Source of the DNA: the human T2T-CHM13v2.0 reference genome, Homo sapiens
DNA: 64,000 nucleotides
Strand: one strand, 5' to 3'
Assembly (NCBI RefSeq): GCF_009914755.1
Contig: NC_060926.1
Shown here: positions 14,001 through 28,900 of the stretch, piece after piece
Numbering within the stretch: position 1 is the stretch's first letter
Layout: each line of letters opens with the position of its first letter
Position numbers and translations under genes: made by a program
The notes under the pieces: model-generated
What the model saw: the letters and a program-made list of their open reading frames with translations, nothing else
Databases searched by the model: none
What the model was told of the DNA's origin: nothing

Positions 14001-15565
14001 AAAAAGAAAGAGTCTCAGGAATAAATTTTCTACACTGACAGTAACAGTCAGGGACAGATGTTGGAACCCTGCCTGACCACATAGCTGCCTCTGAAGGCAT
14101 CTCCTTCTGCATCTGAATTCCTTTGTCCCCCAGGGCCTGATTCTGAATTTGGAGGTATCCTTCTTGACTTGCTTTGTTACCTGGCTGCAACTGTCTCAAT
14201 AAAAACATCTACTAAATGCTTGTGTTTTGCCAGGTGCATTACATGCTTCACATGCACTATCTCATATTTTAATATTTGAAAATCTGCAGTAAACATGGAC
14301 ACAGAAAGATTCATAAAATAGTAGATGTATATTTTAATGAATAATTATAAAATGATTTTCAATGTACATGCCACCCAAATTAAGTTAAAAGGATCTTATC
14401 AGAACCAGAAGCCCCCCATATGTCCCTTCTCTCTCTCCCACCCGTTAGAAACCCTATCCAGATGTTATGATAACAATGTTCTTGCTTTTCTTTTGGTTTT
14501 ATATCCTATGTTCATGAATTTTCTTATCTAATTATCAAAGTTCCATAACTGGTAAGTATGCAATGACCATCATGTGTTAGGGATGAGACATCTGATGATG
14601 TCTCGGAGTTCAATGCCATGGCCTGGAACATATGGGTAGCTGAGGCCCAGTAGCCTTACTGGGGCAGGCTGTTCAGAGCTCCCGCTTGTCTTGGAAGCAA
14701 CTCCAATTTTTGCCCAGAGCTTTCTGATTCGCAGCTGCTAAGCAGCTCACGTTCAGAATTCCTGAACCAGCTTCATCTCTCAGAGAGCACAGCGGGACTC
14801 ATGTTCACATCAGCCCATTTGACTCAGCTGGAAAAAAATGAAAACGGAAAAGAAAAAAAGTCAGTGTTAGGTCACCCGGCACAGCCCCTCGCCCGCCAGC
14901 ATGGTGAAATGCTAGCTTTGAGTACAGTAGTACTGGAGAGGCTCTGATGCTGTTTTCCACGTGAACATACCCTTCATTTAAAAATCTTGTTAAACCAAGA
15001 GGTTGGATAGCATCTCAGAAATTATCCTGTCAAACCTCTTAAACTTTGAAAGAGCAAGAAACTCAGGCCTACAGGGGGGACATGACTTCTTCAAGGTCAC
15101 ACAAATGTGATAATGCACAGTGGTGGATAATCAGGTCAGGTGAATAAAATTCCTTTAAACATGACAGGCACCCAGCGAAGGTGAGGATTTAATGGTGTTT
15201 CCTTTCCATTCCAGGATGGACAACCCAGCTGGCTCATGCTCCGTTTTGATGAGGTTCTGGGAAGCAAGCCAGGTAACTCGAGGGATTTAGATAAAACTAA
15301 ATAAGAATTGCTTCACTTTCTTTTTCCTAAGCCCAACATTGAGGCCAGAGTCAAGTAATTCAGGCAATGGTAGGTCACCACTGTCCCCACATGAATATAC
15401 TCAAGGCCATTGGCTTGTGTGAGTCAGTAATAATCCCTCACATCCGCAGGAGACTTTGAACAGCTCTCTACAGTTTACAAAATACTTCCAGACAGATTAT
15501 CCCATATGATCAACATAAGGATCCTCTGGAAAGGGGCAAGGCTGCTCATTTTATTCCTATTTTTA

Positions 15566-15600
<35 letters not shown>

Positions 15601-15881
15601 GAGACAGGGTTTCACTCTGTCACCTAGTCTGAAGTGCACTGGCATGATCTTGGTTTACCGCAACCTCTGCCTCCCGGGTTCAAGCGATTCTCATTCTTCA
15701 GCTTCCCAAGTAGCTGGGACTACAGGCGTGCACTGCCATGCCCAGCTAATTTTTGTATTTTTAGTACAGACGTGGTTTCACCATGTTGGCCAGGATGCTC
15801 TGGAACTCCTGACCTCAAGTGATCTGCCTGCCTCAGCCTCCCAAAGTGCTGGATTACAGGCGTGAGCCACCACGCCCGGCC
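15566..15881 (-). mobile_element. AluSx-like, inserted into a MIR
   Basis: Full antisense Alu; 14-bp TSD tattcctattttta at 15552-15565 and 15882-15895; MIR text continues on both sides. Confidence 0.95.
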
Positions 15882-16261
15882 TATTCCTATTTTTAAATGA
15901 AGAAACTGAATACTCATCTGAGCCCATAAAACACACAGAGCTGGGGTTACTGGTTTCTATTTCATCATAGTATTTAATGACAGGTAAGAAGAGAGCCCAG
16001 AAGACAGTGTCACGTGCTTCATCCCTCACCCTGTGATTAGGTGACACCAAAAACTATTACAAAATGTTCCACTTATTAACTCTGTGTCCCAATCATCTCT
16101 CCTCGATATGCCCCCAATATGCAAGGATTTCAGGGGAGATAATTTGATTTAATCAGAATTTTTTAAATGAAGAATTTTTAGAGTTATAAATACCAGTAAC
16201 TATGATATTATCCTAAAATGATTCAGCCCATCATGATTTCCCAATGTGGTATCTGTATATG

Positions 16262-16577
16262 CAGGTTGAGCATCCCTAATCCAAAATCCAAAATTCTCCA
16301 AAATCTGAAACTTTTTGAGTGCTGACATGACAGCTTTGCTTTCTAATGGTTCAATGTACATGAACTTTGCTTCATGAACAAAATTATTTAAAATATTGTT
16401 TGAAATTATCTTCAGACTATGTGTAGAAGGTGTATATGAAACAAATCTCAAGTCTAGATTTGGGTACCATTCCCAATATATTTCATTATATATATGCACG
16501 TTTCAAAAAATATGAGAAGTTCCAAAATCCAGAGCACGTCTGGTCTCAAGCATTTTGAATAAGGAATACTCAACATA
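16262..16577 (+). mobile_element. Tigger4 (MER46/Zombi)-type TcMar DNA transposon remnant
   Basis: TIRs 'caggttgagcatccctaatcc' ... 'gaataaggaatactcaacat'; internal 'aaaatctgaaactttttgagtgctgacatgac'. Confidence 0.8.
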
Positions 16578-18379
16578 TATTTAAGTCAGCATGTTGGAGC
16601 TACAGGCAACTTCACAAATTATCTTGGCCCATCTCTCTCATTGTGGTTAAAGAAACTAAAACCAAGAAAAAGGAAGTCATTTTTTCCCAGCTGACATAAC
16701 AAATCCATGGGCGAGGTAAGACAAACATCAGTATCTCCTGAGCCCCAACTCCATGTCCTTTCTACCCCACTGACACATCCTAACCCCCTTGTCTTTCATA
16801 GAGCATCCCCCAAACTGATTTGTGCTTAAGCAATTCACACAGAGCATTTTGTCAGGGACCTACCAGTACTTGTCAATGTTTCCCGTTTATTGTCCCCTCT
16901 CTGAGCCTGAGGTCCTCATCTATAAAATGCAAATAATCTCTTTGCTTCCCACCTCACGTGTGGGGCTGACATGCAAGTGAGAGTGGTTATTATCAGGATT
17001 TATCCTTGGATTTGCATTCTGCACAATCTTTGCAAGCCACTGCACCTCTCTTTGCCTCAGTTTTTCTACCTCTAAAGAGGATATTCTACTGCTTTGTATT
17101 TAGCCCAGAGTAATGCTAGAATGAAAAAATATGTGTAGACATTAACATACCCTGATCTCTTCTAAATAAAATACATTTTAGTTATTAACATCCTCATCAA
17201 TTTCTCATTACTATTCCATTGATCTACATTGATCATGCTTTTACTTATTCAACTAGCACTTACTGTGTGCCCAGCACAATGAAGAGAGGAAGGGGCAGAG
17301 AATATCCAGTCCCTGCCTTCAGAAAACAGACAATTCCAACACAAAATGACATAGACACAAATAAAATAGAAAAGAAATGACTCTCAAAGAGTACATGTAA
17401 GTGTCTCAGGGATGGCAGGAAAGTAATGTCTCATTCCTAGATTAATCCATTAGAAGGAAGGATTTTCCACTGCTTTGGAATAAAACAAAATAAAGGAGAC
17501 AATAATAATTATAATGAGACTCCTCCTCCATGACCCCCACCCCTGCCAAAATCAGTATAAGAGAATTCTAGACTAGCAGGCAGTGTGTTTTCTAGAAAGC
17601 CTCCCACTGTCTGCAGAGCACGGTGGCTCTAGAAACCCAGTCACAATTAGTGGCTTCTACGAATTTCATTGCTCTGTCTGCACTGCCTTTGGTATTAGTA
17701 CCTCCCCTCCCTTTTCGTACAGTTGTTTGTAAATCTATCTTTGCTCCCTTGCTAGTCCAGGTTTTATTCACTGTTTCCTCCCTCTTTTACCTTCCATCCA
17801 CACCTATGCTTTAACTGCACATGGCAGCACTCAGAGATATTGCTCGATGAAGACTGAACTGAATGAAATTGACCACCTGACAAAAGACAGGCTTGCCAAT
17901 TTTCACAGTGTGGTTACACCCTCATTATGTCCCTATAATTCTTCTATTAGGGATCTATTTAAGCTAAGTTGTGTAACTGAGTGAAGCCAGGCCAGGATTT
18001 TCCCCCACCCAGAGAGCTACTGGGAAGCTGCAGAGCATCCCCCAGAAATGTATTCTTTTAAAAAATCATGATCACTGAAAACACAGACACACATATGCAC
18101 ACTGTAAAACAGACAAAAGCAAGCAAATGCAGAGCCTAATCAAGATGGCAAAGGAGGTGTGGCTTAGCTTTCATGACCGCTCATCAGCTTGCATGCACTG
18201 CGTTGGTCTATTTCTACAGCCATCCAGCTGCTTGCGACTGTCACGGACTGCTCCTGGTCCCTACTGCAAGGCTTCACTCCATGGTCAACCTTCCTGTCCT
18301 GAACGACTATTCCAGACTCCTACTTCTCTCATTATCCAGCAAAACTTTATGTGTCCACAGGAAGCTGATTTACAGATCA

Positions 18380-18516
18380 TGCCAACTTTGAAAACTAAAA
18401 ATACCTCAAGCCCCCTCCTAGACATTCTGATTCAGTAGGTCTGGAATGGAGCCCAGCAATGCAAGTTTTAAGGATGATCTCTGGTTGATTCCAATGTGTA
18501 CTCCTGGTTGAGACCC
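18380..18516. mobile_element. MER5-family hAT element
   Basis: 'ttctgattcagtaggtctggaatggagcccagcaatgcaagtttta...gattccaatgtg...ggttgagacc'. Confidence 0.7.
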
Positions 18517-19837
18517 ATAATGGAGTCAGACTGTTATCTAATTCACATGATAAATGGAGGTCCAATAAGAAAATATATGCTGTTTAAAAGTCACCCAGAG
18601 ACTTCATGATTAAAAAAGGATTCAAGTCTCCTGATTCTTATTCTGTATTCCTCTTTTTAGAACAATAGAGTTGACAAAAGAAAGGAAAATTAACTCCTGT
18701 TACTAATCATACTCCATTCTATAAAGAGACTGCAGCAGAAAATATATATAACTATATTTTATATATAATATGTATTTGTAAATATATATTTCAAAGCCTT
18801 AAGAGTCATACTTATCATAATCAGAAAAGAGGATTTTGTCTGAATATGCAGCTTGCATTTAAAAACAAGAAAATATAAAGAAATGGAAAGTACTATGGTT
18901 CAAATTTTCTATTGAAACCAGTTCTATGAATTAGTTGAGAGATTCTGCCAATATTCAATGTGGAAGAAGTATGAATAGCTGCAGTCATCTGGATAGAATT
19001 TCCCCTTTGCTTTTCAATCATGTATCATTATTTATAAATTTTAAACTATCACTTTTGAGATAATAAACTTGAAAAATCAAAGTCTTATAGAGGCACAGCA
19101 TTTTTATTATAAATGAAACAGCAGGGCAGGGGGAAATTGTTAGTGTTTCATTTTAGTTAAAACATTCCATTTCAATGAAGGTCCTTGAGGGCAGGAGGCA
19201 ATACATACACATTTCAAATCGGTGGCATTACACCCAAACAGAGATATTAAGAAAAAATGCAATAAAAGATTGTGTTATATATAAGAGGGAAAAATGGGGC
19301 CCATTCTCATTGGTAACATAGCAACACTTAACAACACTTTGGCTGGGATCAGAATTTCTGTATCCCTAAAATAAAAAAAAAACAAAGAAAGAAAGGAAAA
19401 CTATGCATGCACATACCTAATTCTATCAAAGGACTACAGTAATAATCAGAAGTAGACAAGTTTCATTTCTTTTATCTCTCTTCTATTTATGGTATAATTC
19501 AATACAAAGTATAATTCAGTGGAACATGACTAAGAGATATTCTTAAATTCTGATCAATGAACACTGTCCATTTTCTGAACTCAGGAAATGGAGTCAAGTA
19601 CACAAGATTATGAATTAATTGAAAGAAGGTAATTTTTTTTAAGTGTGAGAAAAACAGGGGTAGATGGGGCTATCAACACTTGGTTATAACTTTATCTCCA
19701 ATCTAAGATGTCTGTTTTCATTTAGTTATCAAAAAAATGTGCAATTCATTCAAAAGATATTAAGAACCAAGAATATCAATGTGAAATTTAAAAAAAAAAG
19801 AAAACAAAACATGATTTTGTATCTACCCCATAAGAGG

Positions 19838-20250
19838 ATATCTGGTCATGCTAGTCAGAATAGACTGTGCTTTGCTGTGTTCACAAATTAATCCTCAAAT
19901 CTCAGTAGTTTACCAAAATAAAGCTTCTTTTTTGGTTTGGTTTGTTTTTGGTCTGATTTGAAGTCAATTATGTCTACAAGATTACTTCATCTCTGATGGC
20001 TTCCATCTTTCTACTTAGGGTGTTAGAGCTCCTCCTTTCAAATGAACAGAGAGGCAAAGCAAGAAGAGCTCCCAACACTCAGAACTGCCTCAGGCTTAAC
20101 ATGACACATCACATCTGCTCACATTCCCAACAGTGAGAACTCAGGAATATGGGGTTAGAACTGTAACTATGCAGAAGCTGGAGATATGTAACCTCCTTGT
20201 ATATCTAGAAAGAGAAATGGTGACCATAACATAGCATCGTATCTGCCACA
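19838..20250 (-). mobile_element. Old MaLR LTR (MLT1J/K-like)
   Basis: 'tagtcagaatagactgtgctttgctgtgttcacaaattaatcctcaaatctcagtagttta...cacatcacatctgctcacattccc...tctgccaca'. Confidence 0.6.
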
Positions 20251-20782
20251 GAGAGTCAATCAGATGTATGGGAAAATCAGAAGTAGAAGAGAGTGGTGTC
20301 ATTCCGAGTGGTCAAGGAAAGTTTTCCCAGGAAGGTAAGATTAGAGCAGCCTTCAAGAATAGACTAGGTAGAAAAAACAGAGCACATGACACAGGGAAAG
20401 AATTTCAAAACCAAAGCTCTGAAGGCAGAGAGCAGTGTTATTTCCCTACCAAAAAACTGTTAGTGAATAATGAAAGACAAGTATTCACAAGCAGGTGGGG
20501 AGGAGCTTATTTTGAATTTTAGAGAGGAATATAAATACCTTTTTTGTAGAGTAGCATTATGGTCTCTGAAGCATGACTGTCCAGGTATTCTAGGTATGCC
20601 CTGGATGTCCAATCAAGAAAACTAGAAGTCATCACTTTCCCTAATTCATCCTTTTATCAAAATTATCCAAAGGATCACAAATCACTATTGATTCTATTTT
20701 CTACATAGATCTAAAACCCATACACTCCTCTATTCCCCCACTATCTGTGCCCTATTCCAGCACCTTAAGCTGGCTTACTTGG

Positions 20783-21792
20783 TGCTAGGCACTAATGTTT
20801 GTTTTCCTGCGAAATTCTTATGTTGAAACTCTAATTCCCAGTGTGTTGGAATTTGGTATTTGGAGATAGGACCTTTGAAAGGTAATTAGGTCTTGAAGGC
20901 AGAGCTCATATGAAGGGATCAGTGGCCTTATAAGGAAAGTGTAAAACTCATGACTTCTTACCCCAACCATGTGAGCACACGGCAAGAAGATAGATTTACT
21001 GTATTAGTCCGTTTTCATGCTGCTGATAAAGACATAACCAAGACTGGGAAGAAAAATAGGTTTAATGAACACATAGTTCCACATAGTTGAGGAGGCCTCA
21101 CAATTATGGCAGAAGGCAAAAGGCACTTCTTACATGTCAGCGGCAAGACAGAATGAAAGAAGCAAAAGTAGCAACCCCTCATAAAACCTTCAGATCTTGT
21201 CTCATTCACAGCCACGAGAACAGTATGAAGGAAACCGCCCCCATGATTCAATTATCTTCCACCAGGTCCCTTCCACAACATGTGGGAATCATGGGAATAC
21301 AATTCAAGATGAGATTTGGGTGGGGACACAGAGCCAAACCATATCATTCTGTCCCTGCCCCCTCCCAAATTTCATGTCCTCGAATTTCAAAACCAATCAT
21401 GCCCTCCCATCAGTCCCCCAAAGTCTTAACTCATTTCAGCCTTAACTCAAAAGTCCATAGTCCAAAGTCTTATCTGAGACAAGGCAAGTCCCTTCCGCCT
21501 ATGAGCCTGTAAAGTCAAAAGCAAGTTACTTCCTTGATACAATGGGGGTGCAGGCATTGGGTAAATACAGCCATTCCAAATGGGAGAAATTGGCCAAAAC
21601 AAAGGAGCTACTGGCTCCAACCAAGTCTGAAATCCAGCAGTATGCAAACTAAGAAACAGGCCCTTACCGGAAACCAACTAGGCCCACACTTGATCTTGGA
21701 CCTCTAGCCTTAAGAACTGTGAGAAATAAGTTTCTATTGTTTAAGGCACCCAGTCTATGGTATTTTTATAGCAGCACAAATGGGCTAAGATA
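20783..21792 (+). mobile_element. MLT1A-type MaLR LTR, split by a THE1 insertion
   Basis: 5' half 'aaattcttatgttgaaactctaattccc...ccatgtgagcacacggcaagaag' to 20999; 3' half from 21641 'cttgatcttggacctctagcc...gaactgtgagaaataa...gctaagata'. Confidence 0.8.
21000..21640 (-). mobile_element. THE1 (THE1C-like) 3' LTR (21000-21346) plus ~295 bp of internal sequence
   Basis: LTR termini 'tgtattagtccgttttcatgctgctgataaagacata' ... 'gggacacagagccaaaccatatca'; adjacent polypurine tract (rc of ttctgtccctgccccctccc) and THE1-int text. Confidence 0.9.
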
Positions 21793-22480
21793 CCTGATCT
21801 CTTACCACATCCCTTTCGGTGGTCTCCCTGCCCCTGGCTTCTTTCTTCTTTAGTATAAACCTGACACTATGGGCCCAAGGTATATCATGAGGACCCCTTT
21901 CTGACTTGATTCATGCTTACTTCACATTCTACTAATATCAAACCACTTCATGTTTTTGTGAAAATATCACATTTTTTATGACTCTTGAAATTTATGTATG
22001 CTGCTCCTTGTAGCTGAAAGGACTTTCCACTCTTTCCTGGTCAGAAAAATTATATTTATTCTATTAAACTTCTTTATAAAACAGCCTCCTCCTTATCTCT
22101 TCCAGAGTTAATAATTCCCTCTTCTGTGCTTTTAAAAAGTTTTATTGCTTCCATTAGTTTGCATTTGTTCATATCTTAGCCACCCCTCCACATATAATGT
22201 GAGCTCCACTGAGAACAGGGAATGTGTCTTCTGCACCTTTGCAACCCAGGTCTAAGTCCTATCTCTGATTCACAGAAGCTCAATAAATGCTTTGAAATAA
22301 AATGTGAAAGTTAACACTATGGATAGTATCTAAGGTATATTCTAAATCAAACATTTAAGCTTATTACTATGTGCTCTAGAGTAATAATAATGAAATACTA
22401 CGGAATGTTAAAAAGAAGGAATATAGAAAAAGAAAATGTTATTGACTCAGTAGGGTAGGATTCCTTAATAAGACCTGATA

Positions 22481-22828
<348 letters not shown>

Positions 22829-23689
22829 TTATTCTGGGTTAGATGCTGTGCTAAGCGTTTTAGTATATTATTTTATTTAATACTCATCAAAACCTTTTAA
22901 GGAAAAATACTATTATTCATATTTGAAAGATAAATAAACTGAGACACATGGGAACTAGGCATCTTCCCTAAAACCATACCGTGAATAAGTAGGTGAGCCA
23001 GAATTTGAATCCAGGCACTCAGAATAGAACCCTGAGACTAAAGCTGACCTACGGTAGGAGAACAAGCTCAGACACTAGGATCAAAGGCAAAGACACAGAG
23101 AGCAACTAAGACAATATTAGAGCAAGAGGGATGAGGGAATGGAAACATGAGGACATGAGTAAATTGAGCTCCTTGCTCTTAGTAATTTAGAAATGGGCTG
23201 AGAATTTGCTGGTAGGAGTGGCATGTTAAGTACATGTTTTAAAATAAAAACCATACTTTATTAACTATGTGCTATGTCTGTAGTTAGATTCATTTTGACA
23301 AATTGAAAACAAATAAATACCTCATTATGATAAATTTACCTCATTATGATAAAGATAATTACTAAGGAAGGAAAACAAAATAAATCATCATTGGTAGCTA
23401 TAAAAAAGTGCCATGACACCAGAAATAAACACCTAGAAGAACAAGTGAAACACATATCTAAGCAGGCACTTTACTGTTTTAAATAAGCACATATCTACTT
23501 TTTTAAAAAAATTTGAAGGTATCTCTATCAATCAGCAATGCATTTATTGCAAGTTTTCCATAGATTCCCTACCCTGTGCTATCGGTTGTAGGAAAATTTA
23601 AGTAAGGAGGAGGAGGTAGGTAGAGGAAATAGAAAAAGAGAGAGAGAAAGCACCTTTGACTCCCAAAGCTATCACTCTCAATTCAAATT

Positions 23690-25480
<1,791 letters not shown>

Positions 25481-26100
25481 TATGACTCCATGCAACTGGG
25501 AAGCAGTTAGGAGAATAGGTGGGGTTATATACGAAGGTGGAGAGAGGGGTTTTATTAAAATTGTGAGGTCCTTGAGAGGGCACAAACAGGTGGCATTCAG
25601 AGCCCAGGTTGATGTACTTGTCTTTGCCAGGATGGGGCCAGCAAAGGCACTAACAGAAGGGCAATCCAGATGCAACACAAAGAGCATAAAAGTTACTCTT
25701 TGCAGAGACAGAACCAAGATTTTCATAATCAGTCAATCAGTAGCCTAAAAGGGAATTTGATACCTAGGAACAGAAAGTTTTCCTGTTTATGCAGGTTTCT
25801 GCTCTAACCACAGCCTATGAGCACAGTGGGCGGGGGCACGGAGTTTGAGCAAGGAGAAAAAAAGATAAAGCCTCAGCTCTACCATGCACCTGCAATATGA
25901 CTTTTAAACAAGCCACTTGACTTCACAATGCAAACTGATACCTTTATTTACCAGCTTCGTATGAGCAAGTCTAAAATGAGTCTCACTGCTGTTGAAATGA
26001 ACCAGAGGATGTCTAGAGAATGAAATTCCAAGTATTTATTAAGTGCCTACTCCTCAAGGGCTGTCCCTGTACTTAAGAAGAATATTTTTTTTGTTACATT

Positions 26101-26283
26101 TGAGTAGCATTTGACTTGTAATTACTACACAGCATCCAAAATGCCTGGAAAGACTGTTCAAAATGCAAATTTCCTAGAGCCAATCCTAAGATTAAGTTTC
26201 AGTAGCTTGGGAATAGAGCCTGGGAATCTGCATTTTTATCAGGTTCCCTGATGATGCTAGAGGACCATTTGGAAACCCAACAC
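26101..26283. mobile_element. MER5A-like hAT element
   Basis: 'aaaatgcaaatttcctagagcc...gcctgggaatctgcattttt...ttccctgatgatgct...ggaccatttggaaacc'. Confidence 0.65.
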
Positions 26284-27546
26284 TATACATCACATAGCAC
26301 ACCTTCCCACACATTGTCTAATTTAATACATGTGTAGGGTATTGAAGCGTTCAAATTAGAGAAAGCTGAAACAAACACAAATACCGACACCTCACTAACT
26401 AAAACAGAGACCATTATTCACGTGCGCCTTGAGTCAGGCAAGGTGTATTTATTGAGTGCACATTGCACCAAACCCTATACTTGGCAAAGAGAATATGGAC
26501 TTGAATTCGATTTTGGACTTTTCTTCAAATATTCTTTAGTCTATTAATAAGGAAAAAGAGGAACGTCAACCCATGATGCCAGCTCAATTTGATAAGTGTT
26601 TTGACAAATTTCTGACATATCTTGTGTCCAATATACAGATGGTGCTATGGAAGCATAAAGGAGGGTCTCAATTAGAGTGGGCTGAGGGGACAGATATATT
26701 GGAGGGGCTGACGCTTGATAACCTGGGTTATTAATTTTGAGTGGAGGTTAGATCAGACAGGCAGGGAAAGACATTCCAGAGAAAAAGAAGAGTAAGCAGT
26801 GTGTCTGTAATAGTGACCCATGCCTACCCAGGAAAGTTCAACCATCACTCATATGGGGAAGTGGGCCCAAACAAAAGGCATGAACTATCCTAAAATTGGG
26901 AGAGAACACAGAGAAAAATGAATGCTAGGTGAAGATATCTTTGTATAATCCACAAAAAAATAAAATATTAAACCAATTAGTGCTAAAGGTTTTACCCAGG
27001 GAGCATTCATGAGTCTTTAATGGTTCGCTGATAAGAAGCCACAAAAGACACTTTAATATGAACACTCAGTTATGGGAAGGAAATTAGAGAACATGGAAAT
27101 GTGGAAGCCAAACTTGGAAATGGGCACTGAAGAGGAAATTGATAGCCAGAGTGTCAATGCATGCATGCGGGTTAAGGGAAGCAGGATACCAGCTGCAAGA
27201 AGTTTACTGGGAGGGGTTTCCCACGCCATTGTTGTGGTCTACAAAAGTAGAAAGCAGGTAAGATGTTCAGAGAGCTGGGTAAGTTAGTCACATGGAAGCT
27301 GTGAAAATTTCTAGAACAAATAGTAGGGAGATATGGGGTAGTACCTAGAGGGGAGAGAAGTGTTCATTAGTGATTTCTTTACATTCTAGGTGATGTGAAC
27401 CTGCTGAAATGCTGCAGGGATTTCAGGCAAGTTAGCCTTGGCAGTGAGAACAGATACAAAGAGAGAAGGAGGTAGGAGGTGTGTGTGGGGACGGGGGAAG
27501 TGGGGGAGATTTTTATTGTTCTGAGATAGGTCTAAAATGAAGGACA

Positions 27547-28003
27547 GTATATCAGTCAGTACAGGCTAACTGCTATAATAAATAACCACACAATTTTGGA
27601 GTGGCTTAACCCAAGAAGATTTATTTCTTCACAGTCCAATGCAGTTTTCTTGGGAGGGGAAATTATCAGCTCTACACAGTCATTCAGGAGCTCCGGCCTT
27701 CTTCCATCTAGTGGCTCCTCCATCTCTTAGATCCTAGGAGTCCTACCATGAATCCTCTACAAATGGCCAAATTGGCAAAAGAAAGCTCTGGAAGATTGTG
27801 TTAATAATAGTTTCAGTTTCAGGAGCTTTCAGGAGCGGCACCTGGGAGTGGCTTATTCTACTTCCACCCACATTCCATTTGCCAGAACTCAGTCACAGGG
27901 CATGGGGCAAATGACTGCAGGCATGCTGGGACTTGTCATTTAGCTGGGTGCCCAGAAGGAAGGGAAATGGGATTGGTGAAGCCATATAACCATCTCTAAT
28001 CCA
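27547..28003 (-). mobile_element. Old MaLR LTR (MLT1J/K-like)
   Basis: 'tatcagtcagtacaggctaactgctataataaataacc...gtggcttaacc...acttccacccacattccatttgccagaactcagtcaca'. Confidence 0.65.
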
Positions 28004-28659
28004 GATGGACACAGAGTATTCTTTAGCTCAGACCAGGGTGAGTATGTTAACTGCCTAAGGCAGTGAAGGACAGGAGATGGAACAGTTCATTTCATTAAAG
28101 GATAAAGTGGGGCATATAATTTTCCTGAACCCTTACTCCAAGCTCCAAGGCCAATTTTAAAGGATGACAGTTTGAGCCAAGGACCTGTTCAGTAAAATTT
28201 GGAGTAAAGCTTTTCAAATAGTGCCAAAGAAGCAACCAAAAACAAAAAAAAAAAAAGAGAGAGAGAGGATACATCAGATGGCACCAGCAGAAAAGATCAC
28301 ATACATTTGATTGACTCCTAATCACTCCCCTGTAACTTTTTTCCCCACACAAATTCCTCACACCGGAAATGTTCATTTAAAACAATTAAAAATCCTTCAG
28401 GGAACCCCCACCCCACTCCCTGCTACCACATGATCAGCCCAGGGGCTCACATGCTGAAATCTATAGAGAGCTTTAGGTCTCAGAGTATTTGAAGGATAGG
28501 CAGGGATCTCACCACCTTAACACAGAAGCAGTCCTACACCCCAATCAGGGAAAGCCTTGGACACTATCTATTGCTACCTTTAGCCTGGGGCAAAGGAGAA
28601 AGAGAACTGCACAGCTGTCCTAAACAAGTAGGGTATGAGACCTCTCTCTTCCACCAAGA

Positions 28660-28900
28660 ATAATAATAAGATAGCCTTGATTGAAAACTCACTGTGCGTC
28701 AGACACTATGCTTACATGTATGAACTCACAACAATTCAGTGAGGTAACCACTATTATTATCTCTTTTTTACAGATAAGGAAGTTTCCTGATGCCCACAAA
28801 GTTTAAATAACGGACTCGAGGTTACCCAGCAATAAATGTTGAAAAAGAGTTTAAATTAGTTGGCTTTCAGAGTTTGTGTTTTGGACAACTATATTCTACT
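28660..28900 (-). mobile_element. MIR
   Basis: 'actcactgtgcgtcagacactatg...gaggtaaccactattattatctcttttttacagataaggaa...gaggttacccagc'. Confidence 0.7.
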
